Positions 39,725 to 48,271 of a stretch of DNA of 64,000 bases are shown piece after piece. The stretch covers positions 124,001 through 188,000 of the IMG/VR virus record IMGVR_UViG_3300042367_000228. One strand, 5' to 3'. The position numbers were made by a program, and so were the translations under genes. Each line of letters opens with the position of its first letter. Positions within the stretch are counted from its first letter, which is position 1. The notes below the pieces were generated by a model. That model was not told the DNA's origin, ran no database searches, and saw only the letters and a program-made list of their open reading frames with translations.

Positions 39725-42385
39725 TTAATCAAAATCAAATAAATTGTTAAATGTGTTTTTGTCAGATGTGTTAACTAGTTTCCAGTTAAGAATTCCGATT
39801 AAGTTATCTAACTTGTTATCAATAATTGTTTGTTCCATTTCATTATGATCAAACGGTAAGTCTTTAAACCATTGCGGTAATCGTAGTTCGTCTACTGGAT
39901 ATGCAACACTTGTAAACCCCAACGGATTTGGTTTAAGTTTACATACAATTACTTTTGCACCGTCTGTAATAGACATCGAATATTTGTCACTGTACATACG
40001 TTTTAAAGTATTCCAGTTTATACTTGCTCTTACATGCCCGGGCATATTAGTTTTACCTTGTTTATCTTCTTTTGTAGCATATGAAGTAATACTGTTAGCA
40101 CGTTTAGGTGAACCTTTTTCCCACCCAGGTCTAGCTTTAAATAGTAACCTAAATTCTGTAATGTAATCTAATACAGTATCTTCACTTTCGCCTGCTAGAA
40201 CCATTTGTAACACTTGTGATAAAAAATCTTGAATAAATTCCGGTGTATCACTACGTTTTAAATCTAATCCCATAGCTTTAATTTCACCATTTTTACCATT
40301 AGTGTCTTTACGTTTACCTTCTTTATCGTATACTAATACTGCATAACGCTTTTTAGTAATAAACAACGATTTACTTCCGACGATCTCACGTCCGGCTTTA
40401 ATAACTTCGCCACGCGATTTAGGACAATGGAATGCATCTAACATAAACTGCTGGAATGTGCTATTAACTTGATCACTAATTTGATCATATAACTGAACAA
40501 TAGTATCTTTAGACCATGGTAAACTACCATTATCGATATCACGTTTGAGTGTATTGTATGCACTAAAGTAACAGGAGTCAGTATCACCGTAAATAATAGC
40601 TTTACCTGTGTGATTATAATCACCGGTAATGATTTCATTTACTTTTGCAGCCATATGTTTAGCAATTTGGCGACCTACTAGCGTAGTAGATTGTCCAATG
40701 CGCTTATCAAAGAACCTACAACCTGGATTAAGAATAGCACCGTATAAACTATTTAGGTTAATCTTCTTAACTAACTGTCTTTTATCCCAGTATTCTTCTT
40801 CAATTTTATTACCTGCGTTAATAGCTTCTTTTAGTTTTTTCTGCATATCTTTACGTTCTGCATACCATCGTTTAAGTAAACCAGGAATAACTCCTTCTAC
40901 TTCAACGGAAAAGATAGTACCATTAGCAGATAACACCCATGGTTGATTGCTTTCAAACACTAACCTGTATACTTCGGCAGCACTTAGTACATCTGTATCA
41001 CCATTTTCCCAGTCAACTACTATATCAGTACCTATTTCTTCATTCATAACAGCAGTATATTCAAGAGTACCAAATAATCCTTCCCATGCAGCGGCAAATG
41101 ATTTACCTTTTGCTAGTTGCATAGAAATAAATTCATCAGTTGCAACAGGTCTTAACTGACCTACAATAGTCTCCGGACCCATATTTAATGCTCTAATAGC
41201 ACTAGGATACAGAGAGTTGATATCTAGTGATCCGACCCAGTCATGAATTCCTTCTTTTGGATATGCAACATACGCACCTGCAGCTTGAATAGGATCTTCT
41301 CTACGTCTATTAGGTACAACAAATCCTCTGTTATGTGCTTCGTTAATAATAGCTTGTTCTGTTACAGCAACAGCACCCATAGTAGTTTGTAGTAATACTG
41401 TATTTTCATGTGCAAGTGTGTTAGCTAAGTCAATAAATTTTAGTTTTTTGTCTAAACTATCTAATAGCATGGTATCTTGTCTATTATATTCAATAAATGT
41501 TTTAAAGTCATTGTTATATAATTGATCAAGGGTGCCTTCGTATTGTGTTTTACGGTCGCCTAGTTCATATTCTGCAATAGCATCGAGTCTAAAACTATGT
41601 CTTTCTTCATATGTGTACTTTTGATATAGCTGTAAGCTATCTAAATGTACACGTCCTACAAAGTCATATGTTACTGATGCTTTACCGTATTTTTCATATT
41701 CACGTCTTTTTGGTAATTGATCGAATAAGCAGAACCTACGTGTATCATCTTTTGATAATACTTTAGTAACACGATTAACTGTATATGGTATATCAAATCC
41801 TTCACTATTCCAACCACTTAAAATGTCAGCATCTTCTATTAAATTAAGAAATGTGTCTAATAATTCAGCTTCAGTTTTAAATAAAAACGTATTAGGAAAC
41901 TCTTTTACTTGTTCTTCTGCTTGCTCCATAGTTAATGTCTTTGGAGGAATAGCTAAACAGATAAGTGTTTCTAACCATTGTAAGTGTACAGCAATCGCAG
42001 TAATGGGCATAAACGCATCATCGGGCGATGCATAACCACGTTCTGGATCAAAGTCGACCTCGATATCAAAAAACGCAACGTTTAGTTTAGGCGCGTCGTG
42101 GTTAAGATAGTGTTCTGATAAACATGCAAATATTGGATTAATATCTGCTTCAAATGTTTTACTTGTGCTATGTATAGAAAGTTCTTTTCTATACTCTTTT
42201 GTATTTCTACAAACAATTTTTGATACGGGGTCTCTGTAGATTGATTGATATTTCCCTTTCGAGTCTTTATAATATAATGTGTGCTTTACGGGAATGTCTT
42301 TAAACTCCCGTTCGCCTTTTGAGTTTCTTTCTACAATCTTAATAACATCGTTATTGCGATCAAAGTATCCATCTATATAACTCAT
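39725..42385 (-). CDS. Family B DNA polymerase (gp43-like)
   Basis: Exonuclease motifs FDIEV, GWNSEGFD, YNRQD; polymerase motifs DINSLYPS, KINLNSLYG, YGDTDS, KKRYA. Uninterrupted. Confidence 0.95.
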   Translation of the reverse strand: MSYIDGYFDRNNDVIKIVERNSKGEREFKDIPVKHTLYYKDSKGKYQSIYRDPVSKIVCRNTKEYRKELSIHSTSKTFEADINPIFACLSEHYLNHDAPKLNVAFFDIEVDFDPERGYASPDDAFMPITAIAVHLQWLETLICLAIPPKTLTMEQAEEQVKEFPNTFLFKTEAELLDTFLNLIEDADILSGWNSEGFDIPYTVNRVTKVLSKDDTRRFCLFDQLPKRREYEKYGKASVTYDFVGRVHLDSLQLYQKYTYEERHSFRLDAIAEYELGDRKTQYEGTLDQLYNNDFKTFIEYNRQDTMLLDSLDKKLKFIDLANTLAHENTVLLQTTMGAVAVTEQAIINEAHNRGFVVPNRRREDPIQAAGAYVAYPKEGIHDWVGSLDINSLYPSAIRALNMGPETIVGQLRPVATDEFISMQLAKGKSFAAAWEGLFGTLEYTAVMNEEIGTDIVVDWENGDTDVLSAAEVYRLVFESNQPWVLSANGTIFSVEVEGVIPGLLKRWYAERKDMQKKLKEAINAGNKIEEEYWDKRQLVKKINLNSLYGAILNPGCRFFDKRIGQSTTLVGRQIAKHMAAKVNEIITGDYNHTGKAIIYGDTDSCYFSAYNTLKRDIDNGSLPWSKDTIVQLYDQISDQVNSTFQQFMLDAFHCPKSRGEVIKAGREIVGSKSLFITKKRYAVLVYDKEGKRKDTNGKNGEIKAMGLDLKRSDTPEFIQDFLSQVLQMVLAGESEDTVLDYITEFRLLFKARPGWEKGSPKRANSITSYATKEDKQGKTNMPGHVRASINWNTLKRMYSDKYSMSITDGAKVIVCKLKPNPLGFTSVAYPVDELRLPQWFKDLPFDHNEMEQTIIDNKLDNLIGILNWKLVNTSDKNTFNNLFDFD

Positions 42386-42567
42386 CCTGCACTACCTTCA
42401 CGACCAATGTCGCGATTAGTTGCATGATCGTTAATCCATGACATAAATGCTTCTTCGTTACGTACTTTTGCAACAGCTTCATGACTGTGTACAATAATAC
42501 TGCATTCGCATCTTGATAAGCATATCTCCGGACGAATACATTCCGTACAGATTTTAAATTCTTCCAT
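42382..42567 (-). CDS. Small Cys-rich protein coupled to the polymerase gene
   Basis: MEEFKICTECIRPEICLSRCEC; its stop overlaps the pol start (ATGA). Confidence 0.5.
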   Translation of the reverse strand: MEEFKICTECIRPEICLSRCECSIIVHSHEAVAKVRNEEAFMSWINDHATNRDIGREGSAG

Positions 42568-42653
42568 ATTGTATCTCAGTTTATGTGACTTGTGGCTCAC
42601 AAATACCCTTTTGCAGTTTATGGCCTGCCTACCGTTCTCAATGTTACTACTTT

Positions 42654-42908
42654 TTAAATACGTTTTGTAATGTCTAAGATTGCTTCAACTTCTTCCCAAT
42701 CTTCATTATGATCTGCCCAATTACCTTTATGTGCTATCTTAATAGCTTTATTAATAACTGCAGGTTTGACTTGTAGTTCTTCTGCTACTGCTTTTACAGT
42801 ATCTTTTAAACCAGCTTGTAAGTCTTCAACTTCACGTAAAACTAAAGAACCTTCGTTGATTAGTTTTTCAAGTTTAGCTTTTTCTTCTGGACCGTATGCT
42901 CTACTCAT
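42654..42908 (-). CDS. DsbA-like dsDNA-binding protein
   Basis: 84-aa helical protein with LKDTVKAVAEEL.VKPAVINKAIKIAHK; GGAG RBS; upstream of pol. Confidence 0.6.
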   Translation of the reverse strand: MSRAYGPEEKAKLEKLINEGSLVLREVEDLQAGLKDTVKAVAEELQVKPAVINKAIKIAHKGNWADHNEDWEEVEAILDITKRI

Positions 42909-42940
42909 TAGTACTTCTCCTTTGTTTAATTTATGTATAT

Positions 42941-42969
42941 ATTATATATTCGTTTGTTCAGTGTGTCAA
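42941..42969 (-). promoter_or_regulatory. Consensus sigma70 promoter
   Basis: TTGACA-17-TATAAT upstream of dsbA and pol. Confidence 0.8.
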
Positions 42970-42990
42970 CTGGCTTGGTAAAATGAAGGT

Positions 42991-43018
42991 AAAAAAAGGC
43001 AGACTAGCTGCCTTTTTT
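42991..43018. terminator. Intrinsic terminator
   Basis: A7-GGCAG-actag-CTGCC-T6 just after the 43030 stop. Confidence 0.8.
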
Positions 43019-43029
43019 AATTGTAACGA

Positions 43030-45603
43030 TTATTGTACGCCGTTTAATCTTGTAGACATATCAGCTACTGCTTTCTGTGCTTCAGGATTTGAACTTTTAC
43101 CTACATCTGCCATTAATGTTCTAAGTTGAGCCATTAATGCTGCCATTTCTGCATCAGAAGGATCTGCTGCCGGAGTTACAGGTGGAGTTGGAGGTGTTGG
43201 AGGAGTTACTGGAGTAGTACCGCCGCCATCGTGATGTGGTTTATGAATATGTGGTTCAGGATTATGTATTGGATCTGGTTTAGGACCTTGTCCACTATGA
43301 TATGCGTCCCATGCAGCCATACCGCCTGCACCTGCTGCTGCGCCACCTAAGAAGCTAGCAGTTTTTGGGTTTTTGTTAACAATATCGCCTGCACCGTGTG
43401 CAATTTTATCTGCTCTAGTCAATGCTGTCGGACCTGCAGAACTTGCTCTAGACAAAGCTGGCTCACCTTTAGCACCACGTACTAAGTTTTTACCTGCGTT
43501 CCAAGCACCTTTTCCAATTTTTGCTAATGCATCACCAATGCCTTCGTTAGCTAATTCGTCCATAAATGCAGGATCTAATCCACTTTCAATTAATGATAAT
43601 CTTGCACCTAATGCTCTAATAGATTCAGCTACAGGTTGCGGAGCTGCATTAGTACCTGGGAATTTAGGATCTGGTTGGAATTTAGGGAACACTCTGTCAT
43701 ATGCCGCTTGTGTTGCTGGACCGTAAATACCGTCGACTTTAAGATGTTCACCGTTAGCATTTAACAATTCTTGCCATTTCATAATTTCAGGATTACCTTG
43801 TTTATGTACTGGACCGTGCGGATGTGGTTTAGGATGTGGTTTTGGTCCAGGTGGTGGCATTGGGCCTTGTCCGTTATCACCTGCTAATGCACTATACCCA
43901 GCCATGCCTGCAGCTAATCCTGCAATAGCAGCATTTCTTTTACCACCTTTCTCTGCAGCTTTTTCACCTTTGCCTGCAAAATTATAGTTTTTACTTTTGC
44001 CAAGTGCATTTACGTCCATACCGCCTTGTGCGTAAGTTGCATCATTAGCTGCGCCTCTTGCACCATATGATGCGTCATTTGCTGCTGTTCTTTCTAATCC
44101 GCCTGCTGCGGCACCTGCGTCATTAGCTGCTGCTTTTCCTGCATCTGCTGCAGCATTGCTGCCCCATGCTGGGCCTGCAGCTGGTTTACCTAAATGACTT
44201 ACATCACCGGCACCTTGTGAAGTTGCACCTTTAAGTGCGCCCCAACCCATAGACGCGTCATTAGCTGCTGCTTTTCCTAACGCGCTTGCATCATTAGCTG
44301 CTACTTTGCTAAGTATTTTGCTACCTACTGTACCCCAGTCTTCGGCTACTTGTGGATTGTTAATACGTTCCAATGTATCACGCATAGCTGCAATTGATTC
44401 AGCTACTGTTAATTGTTTCATTTCTGTACCTTCTTTAATGCCAAATTTTGCTTGTGCTGCTTTAGTTTTAGGCCCCATAATTCCGTCAACGCCGTCGTGG
44501 TTAGGACCGCTTGTACCTAAGTCAGCACCTTTAGCTTTTAATTGTTGTTGCAATGCCATGATATGATTAGTACCAGCATTACCTGCAGGATGCGGACCTA
44601 CTGGAGTTTGTTGGGTACCTAAAGTATGTGCATTAGCTGCATCGACTGCTTGTCCTGCAATATATCGTTTACCTACTACACCTGCAGCACCTGCAAGACC
44701 TTTAGCTGCACCGCCCGGAGTTACAAAACTTCCAGCTAAGTCACCACCACCGTATAACCATGGACTTCTTTCTTCGGCTGCTTTATTAGCAGCAAGTTCC
44801 CCTGCTAGTTCGTCTTTATATTTGGTTCCTTTAACTAAACTTTTAACCCCGGCATTAATATTGCTACCAGTACCCCATGTAACACCGTTCCATACACCGC
44901 GTCCAAGGTCTCCTGCGTCGCTTGCAAGATCTTCATTTAACTGTTCATAACCGAAGCTGTCAAGTAATGCATTAGCCATACCGTATGATTCTTTAAGTCC
45001 AGCAGGTGCATTTGCTAGTCCAGCACTTGCATCTTTCATACTAGTTTGAATGTTGTTTAGTGTATTAGCAATATTTGGAGGAGTAATAGCATTGGCAGCT
45101 GCTGCATTTGCACCAGGTGATCCTAAGCTATTAGCTGCTAAGTTTTTATCAGCGCGTTTTTTACGTAATTCTAAAATTTTATTAAACAAGTCCATCATTT
45201 GTTTAATTTTATCATGTAACGCATCTGCATCACCTGAAATTTGAGAACTTTGACTAACTAAGTCCGCGTTTGCTTTTTTAAAGGTGTCTTCGTTGTCAAA
45301 CCAACCTGCCTGCGGCAATCTAGCGTTTTTAGGCAATAGACCAGCTGCTGATAATTTTTGCGCAATTTCAAATGGTACTTCATCGTCTACTTCGCCTTCG
45401 TTTGAAATATAATTTCCATTTACTGGATCAACTAATCCTTCTAAACCGTTTTCTTTAGCTAATTGTGCTAATTTTGGTATTCTTACCTTATCATCTTGTT
45501 CATACCCTGATGTTACTGCAATGATTGCAGATAGTGTTAACCCTTCAGCCAACATTCCATTATTAATGTTGTCTAGTTTATTCATTAAATCTCTAAAATT
45601 CAT
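43030..45603 (-). CDS. Ala/Gly-rich modular protein with two peptidoglycan-binding domains (putative internal/ejected virion protein)
   Basis: LQQQL...GVDGIMGPKTKAA and WQELL...VDGIYGPATQAA (PG_binding_1-like); AANDA repeats; Pro/His linkers. Confidence 0.65.
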   Translation of the reverse strand: MNFRDLMNKLDNINNGMLAEGLTLSAIIAVTSGYEQDDKVRIPKLAQLAKENGLEGLVDPVNGNYISNEGEVDDEVPFEIAQKLSAAGLLPKNARLPQAGWFDNEDTFKKANADLVSQSSQISGDADALHDKIKQMMDLFNKILELRKKRADKNLAANSLGSPGANAAAANAITPPNIANTLNNIQTSMKDASAGLANAPAGLKESYGMANALLDSFGYEQLNEDLASDAGDLGRGVWNGVTWGTGSNINAGVKSLVKGTKYKDELAGELAANKAAEERSPWLYGGGDLAGSFVTPGGAAKGLAGAAGVVGKRYIAGQAVDAANAHTLGTQQTPVGPHPAGNAGTNHIMALQQQLKAKGADLGTSGPNHDGVDGIMGPKTKAAQAKFGIKEGTEMKQLTVAESIAAMRDTLERINNPQVAEDWGTVGSKILSKVAANDASALGKAAANDASMGWGALKGATSQGAGDVSHLGKPAAGPAWGSNAAADAGKAAANDAGAAAGGLERTAANDASYGARGAANDATYAQGGMDVNALGKSKNYNFAGKGEKAAEKGGKRNAAIAGLAAGMAGYSALAGDNGQGPMPPPGPKPHPKPHPHGPVHKQGNPEIMKWQELLNANGEHLKVDGIYGPATQAAYDRVFPKFQPDPKFPGTNAAPQPVAESIRALGARLSLIESGLDPAFMDELANEGIGDALAKIGKGAWNAGKNLVRGAKGEPALSRASSAGPTALTRADKIAHGAGDIVNKNPKTASFLGGAAAGAGGMAAWDAYHSGQGPKPDPIHNPEPHIHKPHHDGGGTTPVTPPTPPTPPVTPAADPSDAEMAALMAQLRTLMADVGKSSNPEAQKAVADMSTRLNGVQ

Positions 45604-46202
45604 TAGTCTTCCTCTGGAGGTCCTATTAGTTGCTGATCGCCAACTATCTGATCATAATTGTCCATTGTTAGCACCTCACCTGTGGCACTTAACTTAATTA
45701 ACATGTCTGCTACATTATGCAAATCCATATCGGTTTGAGCATCTTCTCTAGAATATTCAAATAATCGAATAAGCAACGGAACATCTAATGTAACTACATC
45801 TTGAGGATTGTTAAAAGATTCTTGTGGTTCCGTGCCTGGACCGACACCACCGGTAAATCCGGGCGAATGGCCAGGTATTGTATTTTCCATTACTTTGTTT
45901 GCAATGTATTGTGCATACTGATTAATTTCTGCTTTCTTTGCATAACGTGCTTGTTCTTGTTCTTCAGATGCTTCAGCCATGTACTGTTTAAGTAACGAAG
46001 GTCTTGCTAATGCTGGTTTAGACAGTTCATCTTTAACAGGCGTGGCATAATGTTGCATTGCCAGTTGTACAGGTAATGCAACTTTATGAGGATTTGATCC
46101 TTCTGTAACAATTGACATGAATTTCTTCATGTCGTCTGTATTTTCTATAGGAGCAGATGTCTTAACTGAATCCATTGCCTGTAGAATTGCTTTCATATCC
46201 AT
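45603..46202 (-). CDS. Putative internal head protein
   Basis: MDMKAIL.. start; C-terminal DVVTLDVPLLIRLFEYSREDA. Confidence 0.5.
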   Translation of the reverse strand: MDMKAILQAMDSVKTSAPIENTDDMKKFMSIVTEGSNPHKVALPVQLAMQHYATPVKDELSKPALARPSLLKQYMAEASEEQEQARYAKKAEINQYAQYIANKVMENTIPGHSPGFTGGVGPGTEPQESFNNPQDVVTLDVPLLIRLFEYSREDAQTDMDLHNVADMLIKLSATGEVLTMDNYDQIVGDQQLIGPPEED

Positions 46203-46204
46203 AA

Positions 46205-47320
46205 TTATAAAATTACTCTTGAAGTAAGTTCTCTTAAACGTTGCAATTCGACGGATTCATTCATGCAATCTTTTTCTTTTTCTTTTTTAATTGCATTGTC
46301 AACTGCACCTTTGTGTTCTTCTTCACCGGTTTCAATTTTGCCATCTTTGTCATAATCTTTTTTAGCTTTTTTAGCTTCTGCTATTTTCATAAGTTCTTTA
46401 GCAGACTTCCATTCTGATTTTGCACGGTTGATTGCAGATTGTTCGTAGATCGAACCACCATAAAAACTTTCTGTTTTAGACTCTTCTGTTTCAGACTTTG
46501 CTTTTTTAGGTTTCTTAGGAGCATCAGATGTAGTATCACTTGATTCTTCTTTAGTAGTTTTAGATTTTTCTTTATCTAATTCTTTTTTAAATGCATCACC
46601 GTTGCCTTTCTTTTCGTCTTTTTTAGCAAATGGATTATTACCTTTTTTATCAGCAATTGCACTTGGTTTTTTAACTGGTGTAATTTCTTCTTCAAATTCT
46701 TCGTCATCAGGGATGCCGTTGTTATTTTTATCTAGACGTTTTGAAGCAGCATGGAATGCTTTAGCTTGACGATTATATTTTTCAACTTTTTGTTTTGTAG
46801 CTTCTGGAAGTGGTTTTTCTACCATACCAGTTCCGCCGCATTCACCGCATGTGTGAGCAACGCCTTCTTTAACTGTAGATTTGTCAAGTTTTTCAGCTTG
46901 ATCGATTTTAAGGGCGGCAAGAGATTTCTTTGCTTCCATTAACGCATTTTTCATTTGTCTTTTTTGACTTTCTGAGTACATATCACTATTCTCTATCTTA
47001 TCGCCGTATTCGCTAAATTTCATTTCGTATTCTAAATAATGGTAAACTGAAGAAATATAATCTGCAGCTTTAGTAATTTTAGCTTGAACCCATGATTCAA
47101 ACTGATCTTGATCTTCAATTTTTTTGAACAATTTAACGCTATATTTTGCTAACTTATATAAGTCAGCTTTCATCATTGCACCTTCATCGTCAGCATCGAT
47201 GTTATGACCGTCATGCTGTAATTCGTCTGATGAGATGTCTAAGTTTGGTTCTGGTAACTCAATCTTTGGTAACTCTACTTCGAGTCCTGCAAATTCCGAA
47301 AGGTTTTTTCTATTTTTCAT
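46205..47320 (-). CDS. Highly charged putative head core/scaffold-like protein
   Basis: GGAG RBS and TAAATA upstream of the ATG at 47320; WVQAKITKAADY domain; E/K-rich; DYDKDG loop. Confidence 0.55.
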   Translation of the reverse strand: MKNRKNLSEFAGLEVELPKIELPEPNLDISSDELQHDGHNIDADDEGAMMKADLYKLAKYSVKLFKKIEDQDQFESWVQAKITKAADYISSVYHYLEYEMKFSEYGDKIENSDMYSESQKRQMKNALMEAKKSLAALKIDQAEKLDKSTVKEGVAHTCGECGGTGMVEKPLPEATKQKVEKYNRQAKAFHAASKRLDKNNNGIPDDEEFEEEITPVKKPSAIADKKGNNPFAKKDEKKGNGDAFKKELDKEKSKTTKEESSDTTSDAPKKPKKAKSETEESKTESFYGGSIYEQSAINRAKSEWKSAKELMKIAEAKKAKKDYDKDGKIETGEEEHKGAVDNAIKKEKEKDCMNESVELQRLRELTSRVIL

Positions 47321-47342
47321 GGTAAACTCCGTTATAGTATAT

Positions 47343-47606
47343 TTAGCCTCTTTTAATAGTTCCGCCGCCAAATAAACTGACATTTAGATCGGCACCATTT
47401 TTAGCAGTGCCGTCTGGATTTTTAGGTTGTACTACTTTAGGTTGCGGAGGTGCTTTAGTTCCGCTACCAGTAGCCATGCTACCTGTATATGATTTTTTGC
47501 CTCTAGCTTTTCCTGGGCTAATATGTGGATTGGCAACTGTGCCGATGTTTGCAGAACTAGTTGCACCGGCTGATGCAAATTCTACTATAATTTCTCTAAT
47601 TCTCAT
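47343..47606 (-). CDS. Small putative internal head protein
   Basis: MRIREIIVE start followed by FASAGATSSANI. Confidence 0.55.
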   Translation of the reverse strand: MRIREIIVEFASAGATSSANIGTVANPHISPGKARGKKSYTGSMATGSGTKAPPQPKVVQPKNPDGTAKNGADLNVSLFGGGTIKRG

Positions 47607-47863
47607 AATTTATTACCCCACAATTCAAACCATGCAGGTGTTCCGGGTTTGATATTGTTTTCGCGTTGATATTTACCGCGTTCGTCACTAAACGCTTTTT
47701 GTTCAGCTTGGTTAACACGATATTCATGTAATCTAGCTTCAGCACCTAATCCACCTAAATACTGAGCAATTTTTAATTCATGTATTGGATCATCAGATGC
47801 GAGAAAACAGTCATCAGGACTGTCTTGTAGTATATTCTCAGATGTTATTCTATACTGTTTCAC
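47603..47863 (-). CDS. Hypothetical protein
   Basis: 86 aa with NIKPGTPAWFELW. Confidence 0.55.
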   Translation of the reverse strand: MKQYRITSENILQDSPDDCFLASDDPIHELKIAQYLGGLGAEARLHEYRVNQAEQKAFSDERGKYQRENNIKPGTPAWFELWGNKL

Positions 47864-47866
47864 ATT

Positions 47867-48271
47867 TTAAATCCCATACCTGTTACGTTTTTTATTAGCA
47901 ACTGGACTAACTTTGTGAACGTCATCTAATTCAGATGACTTTTTAGAAGAACCTAGAGACGAGCTGCTAACACCGATGCTTTTTGCAGCACCATCTAAAA
48001 TCTCTTGATCGCCATCAGTATATGCAAGGGTAACAAAGTTACCGCCGATCGGTCCTTCTTTATCCATAGATCGACTAGGCGATCCAGCTAATGCTACACC
48101 GAATCTATATGCATGATATGGATTGTTATTGTTATCCAATGCAGGCCATGCAGATAAATTTTTTAATGCTTTTCTTGTACCATGATGCAATTTGCTTTCT
48201 TGCATAATCGCTGTCATTTCTTCTACGGCAACCTCGAATTCCCGTATGTCTTCGTTTGTATATCGTTTCAT
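47867..48271 (-). CDS. Hypothetical (putative head) protein
   Basis: 134 aa with YHAYRFGVALAG and KKRNRYGI. Confidence 0.55.
   Translation of the reverse strand: MKRYTNEDIREFEVAVEEMTAIMQESKLHHGTRKALKNLSAWPALDNNNNPYHAYRFGVALAGSPSRSMDKEGPIGGNFVTLAYTDGDQEILDGAAKSIGVSSSSLGSSKKSSELDDVHKVSPVANKKRNRYGI

Noticed and set aside
39725-42385. Intron or intein in the DNA polymerase, or introns hosting the three endonucleases
   Set aside because: pol, queE, folE and dpdA are each continuous and full length; the endonucleases are intergenic.
44035-44305. Spaced nucleotide repeats (CATTAGCTGCTGC...) as a possible CRISPR or mini-array
   Set aside because: They are in-frame, degenerate and irregularly spaced, and encode AANDA peptide repeats. 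No cas genes are present.
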